A program made the position numbers and the translations under genes. Of a stretch of 64,000 nt of DNA, positions 56,243 through 64,000 are shown in pieces. Position 1 is the stretch's first letter. The number at the start of each line of letters is the position of its first letter. The stretch lies in assembly GCF_009914755.1 (NCBI RefSeq), contig NC_060925.1. One strand, written 5' to 3'. The notes below the pieces were generated by a model that was not told the origin of the DNA, did not search any database, and saw only the letters and a list, made by a program, of their open reading frames with translations. The stretch is from the human T2T-CHM13v2.0 reference genome, Homo sapiens.

Positions 56243-57459
56243 GTTGTTGTCACAGCCCGGCCTGCCCCAACCTGCCTCAGAGGAAGCATTGGAGACACTC
56301 CACCAGCTTCCCCCATGGCTTCCCTCATCCTGGGGCCAAGGCAGCATCTGGTACAGAGCTGAGGCAGGGGAGAGATATCCTTGGAGCCAACATCCATGTG
56401 TTTAACCTGGATCCTCTGTGCCTGAGCAACTCAGGGTGGGTACATAGGAGAGGGCCAAAAAGTGTGGCCTGCAGTCAAGCAGGGGGGTACCAGAGCAGAC
56501 TCGGGGAAAGGGGATTGAAATCAGTTGGAAAAGTTAAAGCAATTTAAGGAAAAGCAAATATCAGGGCTTAATCAAGTGCTAAATTGAATATAATCCACTG
56601 CCACAGAGGGTTGACAGCTGTGGACACAGCCAGTCCAAGCGGGTGAACAGCAGGGAGGCCTGGGCGCTCAGGAAGGTAGCCCTGTGTGTTTCAGGGCACA
56701 GGAAACGCAGCAGCGTAGGGCAAAGGCACTGATGGGAGGACCTGAGGGACCCAGGAGGGAGCAGGACACCCTTGAAAGAGCTACCCAGGTTCCCTGGGGT
56801 CTTTTGTGAGCCTGGTCCCTGCAGGGACCCCCAGGAAGATGAATCCATTGTTCTAGCGTTTTCACCCCTGTGCCTCCTCATCTTTGGGGTAAGACCTTGG
56901 CTCTAGAAGGCCCCTGTCACGATGCACACTTCCTACCAAGAGGGAGAGTGTGCAGGCAATAGATTAGCTGCCCCCCCAACACCCCCAAGAGACTGGAACC
57001 CTGAAGAACCTGGGGTGACGGGCACCACTGTGAGGGGCATGTTGCCACCACAGACCAAACATAAGCCTGCGCCTCCAGCCCAAAGGAGACCTGCGTTCTA
57101 GGCACCAGCCCCTCCGCACTCCCACTCCTAACCCTCACTCCCACTCTCCTCCTCACTCCCACCCTCTCCTCCCATGGCTGTTTGAAGTCAGTCACACACA
57201 GGCCAAAGCCACTTTGAGAATCACACTGTGTGTGACTTATACCCTCTCATGACCCACCCTTGAGGCTCTACTACTGGGAAATCAGCCAGGTCCCTGACCC
57301 AGCAGCTCTGAAGACCAGGGAGGGAGGAGGCACCTGGCTGGTTATTGGGCATTTAACAGCAGTGCTTGGCACAGGGATGGCCTGGGAGGCTCTGCCTTCC
57401 TGAGGAACAGAAGAGACCCAATCCTAGCCCTGGGCTCTGACCCTCCAGTGGAAATTGTT

Positions 57460-57905
57460 GCCAAGAGAAAATCTCAACCCATCACTTCCTAGCTGCAAGA
57501 TGCTGGGAAAATTACTGCATCTTTCTGAAGCTCAGTGTTTCTATCTAAAAAATGGGGATTAAAAAATACATATAAGCACCTAAAGAGGAGAATCCACGTC
57601 AAGTGTGTGGAATACTGCCTGGCACATCATGAGTCTTCGTTGCATGTTGTTGTTATTGCTGCTGCTATTATTAAAGCCTAGGAGAAGCTGGCCTCTCCTC
57701 TCGCCAGACTCTGCCTGGATAACTTCATAGCAGCTTCTGGCTGGAGGAAGCTGACTGTTTGGAAACAGACAGAGACAGGTTCAATCCCAGCGACACTATT
57801 ACTAATTAAATGACCTTGAATGACCTTGGGGAAGTTGCTTAAATTCTCCATGCCTCAGTTCCCCATTTATGAAATCAGCATAGTAACGGTACCTATCTTC
57901 CAGAA
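57460..57905 (+). mobile_element. Two MIRs
   Basis: CTCAGTGTTTCTATCTAAAAAATGGGG; TGACCTTGGGGAAGTTGCTTAA..GCCTCAGTTCCCC. Confidence 0.7.
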
Positions 57906-57964
57906 TTACCTGGCTCAAAGGAAGTGTTGACTGTTGAATTAAATGAATAAAGAAATGAATGCTG

Positions 57965-59130
57965 GTATGCCAGTCAGGGGCTTTTGGTCACGAGCCACAA
58001 AAGCCCAACCAAGCTAGTTCAAGGGGAAGGGCATCTAGCAGCTCTGGTAATGGAAAAGGCCAGGTGTGATAGCACTGGCTTCAGACACAGCTGAATCCAG
58101 GGACTAAAGCCTATCCTTTGACCTCTTAGTGCTCTCTCTCTGTCTCTGTCTCTTCTGCACACAGCTTCTTCCATGTGGCAGGGGCGGGGTGAGGCCACAG
58201 ACAGCTCCAGCTCACATCAACCCAGCTAATGGCTTCACAGGAAAGAGGGAAGCAAAATCCCAGAGAAGTCTGATTGGCCCGGCCTGGATCTCATGGCTGT
58301 GTAAGTAGGGAGGGCTGCAGGGATGCAACCGTCCCCACAGCCAAATGGAGTGACGGGGGGATGTCTCTCCAGGGGACGGGGTTCTGTTACCAGAAGGGGA
58401 AGAAATGAGACTGGGCAGGTACAAACGGTATGGCTATATCAGGGGTTCCCAGCAGAGGGCCTGGGCAGCTAGCCAGGGTGGGGCCACAGCCTGTGAGCAC
58501 AGAGGAGAGAGAAGAAGACAGGGGAAGGAAGTAGAGGGGGAATAAGGGAAAGGGGTAGGGCCTGGACCACCTGGGCTAAACCTCTGAGCTAAGCATCTAT
58601 ATGGGCCCCCAAAACACACACATCCACTGTGTAACAACCACCCTGTTTGTGTGAAGCCAACCCCACGATAGACCCAAACCCTCCTGCCAAGAGGTAACCC
58701 ATGCCCCTCGCCACAGCAATTGGTTTAGATAGTGAGCTGATCAGTTTGTGTCATTCCTCTGGCCACACATCTTGGCTCTGAAGTAGGGGGGCCAGTCAGC
58801 CCTCCTTCAGGCTGAGGACTTTTGCTGGGATTCTAGGACACAGACATCTCTCTCCTTTTGGACTAGGAGGTACAGCTGGAACTATGCAGCCTTTCTGCCA
58901 CCATGAGGGAAGCCCTCTTCTAACCAAAACTAACATCAGAAATAGAAAAGACTGGAGAGATAGGAAAATAATTGGGCCTTGTTGATACCAGCTGCTGAGT
59001 CAAATAACCCTGGAGACTGCCTTAGCCCTGTACTCCCAGTAACACCTGCTGATAAAGCCCTGGTGTGGCTGAAGCCACTTTGAGCTGAGTTTTTCTATTA
59101 CATTTTTGCAGGGGCAATGGAAAAGCTGAG
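57965..59130. mobile_element. Old MLT1K/L-like fragments
   Basis: GGCTTCAGACACAGCTGAATCCAGGGACT..CTGATTGGCCCGGCCTGG; AAGCCACTTTGAGCTGAGTTTTTCT. Confidence 0.5.
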
Positions 59131-59213
59131 GGAACTGGAGAACAGCTGCTGTCCTCTCCCTGCGCACATCTGTTCTGCCTCATGCCAAAGGGAGACAATG
59201 GCTAAAGGGGGCC

Positions 59214-60024
59214 TGTACTGGTCAGGCCCTGCAGAGAAACAGAACACACAGGTTGTGTATGCATGTATAGGTAGGTAGGGAGACAGAGAGTGGGGAGAGA
59301 GAGAGGTTCGAGAAATTGGCTCATGTGATTACAGAGGCTGGCAAGTCCAAAATTTGCAGGGTGGGTGATACGGTTTGGCTGTGTCCCCCCACCAAATCTC
59401 ATCTTGAATTGTAGCTCCTGTAATTCCCACATGTCATGGGAGGGACCCCATGGGAGGTAATTGACTCATGGGGCTGAGTCTTTCCCATGCTGTTCTCATG
59501 ATAGTGAATAAGTCTCAGGAGATCTGATGGTTTTATAAAAGGGAGTTCCCTGCCCAAGCTCCCTCTTGCCTGCTGCCATGGAAGACGTGCCTTTGCTCCT
59601 TTGCCTTCCACCGTGATTGTGAGGCCTCCCCAGCCTCGTGGAACTGTCAGTCCATTAAACCTCTTTTTCTTTATAAATGACCCAGTCTCAGGTATGTTTT
59701 TATTAGTAGTGTGAGAACAGACGAATACAGTGGGCCAGCAGGTTGGAGACCCAGAGAAGAGCCGATGCTGCAGCTCGAGTCCCAAGGTTTCTGCTGCAGA
59801 ATTACCCCTTCCTCAAGGGAGGTCAGGTTTTGGTCTTATTCAGGGCTTCAACTGATTGGATGAGGCCCACCCACATTATGGCGGGCCACCTGCTTTCCTC
59901 AAAGTCCACTGATTTGAATGTTAAGCTCATCCAAGAACACCTCACAAAAAGATCCAGAATAAGGTTTGGCCACATATCTGGGCACCATGGCCCAGTCAGG
60001 CTGACACATCAAATTAACCATCAC
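59214..60024 (-). mobile_element. MLT2 LTR interrupted by THE1
   Basis: CAGAGAAACAGAAC..AATTGGCTCATGTGATT / ACTGATTGGATGAGGCCCACCCACATT..AAATTAACCATCAC. Confidence 0.85.
59366..59729 (+). mobile_element. THE1B/C-like solo LTR
   Basis: TGATACGGTTTGGCTGTGTCCCC..GAACAGACGAATACA; perfect TSD GTGGG. Confidence 0.92.
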
Positions 60025-60519
60025 TGGGTCCCCAGATGCATCTTGTTCGACCTCCTCATGCAGAGATAAAGAAGCAGAGGTCCAGAGAGGCCCAATGGTC
60101 TGTCCAAGGTCACAGGGCAATGTAGCAGCAGAGCCTCACTGCCTCCATCCTGACTCCCAGGCCAGGGGTCTCTGGACAGTCCCCTTTCTCCTGTATGGCT
60201 CATGGAAACCCAGGGACCAGAGGAGACAGACCAGAACAGGAGCCACAGGCGACAGGCCTGAGTCATTGGCCTGAGAGAACAAATTCAGGTTGGCATGCAA
60301 TTTGCATACTATTTCCATGTTGTTCCCTAAAGTTCAAAATCTACAGAAATTCCCCAGTTCTGCTTCTTTTCTTATGGCCTCCTGGTTTCAGCTGCATCTG
60401 TTTGGAAGGACCCCAGAAGGCACTGGTTCTTTGGGTGGATCACCTGCCCCCTGCCCTCTCCTGACACTGGCCCTGAGACTGCAAGGGCCACCAGGGCAGG
60501 AAGCCCTTTCTTCGACCTG

Positions 60520-60815
60520 ATCCGGGTTCTCCACGGTGTCGACGCACCACTGCCCACGTGGGTGTCGCTTTCAGGTGGTGCACGTGTGGACATTTTTTAA
60601 TAGTCATGTATTCATTTTTATGTTGCTCTGAATTTATGACTGGGGATGCTGGTTTCCTATTTATGGTGGTGATATAAAGTTTCCCTTTAAATGAAATTTC
60701 AGTTTTTTAAAAGTGAGTCAATGAAAATAAAAATAGTAAGTAAATAATAGAACAGGCAGTATGTCGATATGGCCAAAACAGAGATGAAATGACTGAGAGT
60801 TTTAGGAATGCTGGA
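60520..60815. mobile_element. hAT-Charlie (MER113-like) fragment
   Basis: AAAGTGAGTCAAT..AAGTAAATAATAG..GATATGGCCAAAA..ATGACTGAGAGTTT. Confidence 0.5.
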
Positions 60816-61879
60816 CTGATGGAAATGTCTCCTGCTACCATGTCAGCCCAGTGCCCAATTCCACTTGACCTGTCGTCAGTGGAGGGGGTCTTATGTGTTG
60901 GGAAGAAGTGCCTTACTAGCTTTGAGACACTGAGGCACCATGGTGTGCCCAGCCACCTTGACCCAGAACCCTGTAGTCCCAGGAAAAGGTCTGGCACTAG
61001 TTCTTGCGACCCAGCGTCTATCCACAGAGCATCTCACCAGGACCCTCTTCCTCCCATGCCTCCCAGAAGGGGAGTTGTGTTTCCCCACCTAGACCACCCA
61101 CCAACATGGAAACAAGCCATTTCTCCATGCATAAAAGCCTGCAATGTAATTAATATCCCCTCCATTTAACCGGACTATAATACTCTCACCGTTAATAAGC
61201 TAGCTAAGAGCTCCGCTTGAAATTAATAACTTGTAAATGACCCAAGAGCCCTGGTTTCATACCTTCTTTTTTTAAACAACAACAAAAAAAACGCGCAGAA
61301 TTTAAATAGAAAAGCAATTTTCATGTATGAGCCAGTATCATTATTCATAGCTGGAGAATTGTAAGGAGTAAAAGTCTCTTCCACTTAATTAGAATCTTGA
61401 ACATCACAGGAAAAGAGGGGAGCCCATATCTAGCACCAGGGATGAGAAGGCAAGAAGCACAAATCAAAAGCAAAACATCACCCCATGTAGCTGCAGGTCC
61501 AAACGGCCACGCAAGGAGCAGGACCCAGCAGCTGTGCATGGAATCCAGCGCTCGCAATCACGTCAGGGCTGAGGCTGGCAGGGGAGGAATATGCAGAGAC
61601 GCCAGCGTGTCATATCCGTGTCCTCAAGACAGAAGCGATAACGTCTAATCTTAAACTACAAGGGAAGCCGGAAGGGAGAGAGCAGAGATAGTGAATGGAG
61701 AAGCAGAGGCGAGATTAGAGGCTCAGGGAGGAAGAGAGAGGATTTGAGGCAGGAGGGGAGAAAGAGGAAAGAACGGTGCGCTTTCTCCCACGCTGGTGGC
61801 CCAGCCCTGTGGCCCAGCCTGGCCCCACCCTACTCTAGCCACCAGACACTTGGCATATAGGATCTCATTTTTAGCCTCA

Positions 61880-62220
<341 letters not shown>

Positions 62221-62809
62221 AACCATCATCATCATCCATATTTTAGTAAAAGTGAGAAGATAGTGCTCAGAGAGATTGATGAACTTGCCCTGGGGTTGCC
62301 CAGCCAGTGGGTGACAGAGCTGGGAAGCAAACTCAAGTTTCTTTGACTGCATGCCAGGCAGAGCAACTCGGCCACCAACGCTTTTTGTTTGCATGGCAGA
62401 TTCTGCTGTGCTCGTTCTCCCCACTGCCCTCTGCTCCCTCAGCATCCTGGTGAAGTAGACATCACAATCACACACCACAGATTTGGAAGCTGAGGCTCAG
62501 ACTAGCCAAAGGCAAGTCCTGGCCAAGGCCAAGGACTGAAACTGGAACACACGCCTTGAGACCAAAGGCCAGAGCTTGCCTCACTCTAGGGCACAAATAT
62601 CAGGTAAGCTGATGGTTCACCGAAAGCACACCAAATTCTGCTGATCCCCAGGAGGAGGTGTCTGGGCCTGGGGATTTGCAGGTCGCCTGCTCCAGCGGTT
62701 CCCTGCCAGACCCCAAGGATCCCCTGTCACCCACAGCCGCCTGGAGGGTTCAGAACCTACCTCCAACCCACCCTGGAAAGTGTGACATGCCTAACCCAGT
62801 TCAACTCTA

Positions 62810-63215
62810 TAAATAATAACACCAACAATAGCTGTCCTTTGTAGAGTCCTTCCCATGGGCGGGGCAGCATGCTAAGCCTTCACCTGGAGTAACTCAGCAG
62901 ACTCACTGGAATGAAGTAGATGCTTTTCTCCTCCTTTTAGAAGAGAGGAAACTGAGGCACAGGGAGGTCAGGCAACAAGGTCACATGGCTGGTCAGCAGC
63001 TCAGCCTCCACGGCCTGCCCATAACCCCAAGCAGGTACAGTCCTCACTAATACTAACAGCAACAACAATTGCTAAGTGCCCACTGAGGACCCCCTGAGGG
63101 AGGGGCTGTTAGCATCCCCCACTTGATAGGAGAGAAAACTGGGGCACAGAGGGGAGTGGCTGGCCCAGGGTCACACCATTGAGGGCAGAGCTGGGATTTG
63201 AATCCAGAAAGGGCA
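62810..63215 (-). mobile_element. MIR fragments
   Basis: GAGGAAACTGAGGCACAGGG..AAGGTCACA; GAGAAAACTGGGGCACAGAG..GCTGGGATTTGAATCCAG. Confidence 0.75.
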
Positions 63216-64000
63216 GCCCCGGGACCATGCTTTGAGCCGCCTCTGCTCACGCGGTGGCACGGGGGGGCCCCAGGGCATCCTGTGGTTCTCTCCAGCTGTC
63301 CAGCAGAAGCGTTTCTGCCCCATTCTCCCCTCCCTTCCTGAGCTCTTGGTTTGCTACTCATCTGGCCTGATCAGCTGGGGGCCTGCCCTCTGGCACCTGC
63401 AAGCTGAGCCCCTCCTCCATCAAAGCTGCCTTCTCCCCCACCCTCACAGCACCCCTCTGTGTGGCCCTCTCTCCCGCGGAGCCCTCTCGACGGACTAAAG
63501 CAGACTCAGAAGGTCCAAGCTACAAACCCACTGGACAGGTGGGAGGACAGATGCCCCAAAGAGGATGACCTGACTTGCCCAAGGCCACACCCTGCTCCCC
63601 TCCCCACTAGACTTAAGCAGCCTGCCCCACAGCCTCCGGTCCCCATCCCAAGCCAGCACGCACATCTCTTCCCCAAATCTCATCCCCAACAACAGCATGG
63701 AGTGAGACCTCCTGCCAGTGTCCCAGGAAGAGCTCTCAGCTCCGAGATGCTCTGCCAGCTGGCAGGGCCAGGTCCCCATAGAGGCCACCTGCTACGTGAG
63801 AACACAGGGCAGTCACCACCAGGAGGCTCTTGGGCCAGTCTGGCTCAGCAGCTACTGTCTCTTGCCAACTGTATGCAGGACACACCCTGTTAGCTTTAGG
63901 CTAGCAGAGCCAACAAGCCCAGATGCCTCAAAGAGCCAGTTCGTTCATTGTCCCTTTCAAGGGACCAGATTTCTTAGGCCGTAGTTCCCAAGCACCAGGT

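Noticed and set aside
56814-56829. 16-bp perfect palindrome GGTCCCTGCAGGGACC
   Set aside because: About one is expected by chance in 64 kb (64000/4^8).

Overview
This is primate (probably human or great-ape) non-coding euchromatin, intergenic or deep intronic. I find no credible protein-coding gene, tRNA, rRNA or CRISPR array; the ORF track is explained by Alu/LTR translation, microsatellites and chance ORFs in GC-rich DNA. The window holds about 28 Alu/FLAM copies, many MIR/L2/old L1 fragments, hAT-type MERs and a rich set of solo LTRs (LTR12C, three MER66-like, LTR47-like, LTR42-like, THE1/MST, MLT1, MLT2), many nested and with readable target-site duplications (TSDs). Several repeat-free, TAAT-rich islands look like developmental enhancers (inference only). 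The most unusual structures are: (1) a ~340-bp locally derived inverted duplication (18114-18456 / 19283-19624) around an 826-bp spacer; (2) an exact 25-bp direct repeat of apparently unique sequence 1980 bp apart; (3) a double fold-back templated micro-insertion inside an Alu. Repeat subfamily names come from recalled consensus sequences and need RepeatMasker/Dfam confirmation. I see no evidence for a new gene-encoded system.
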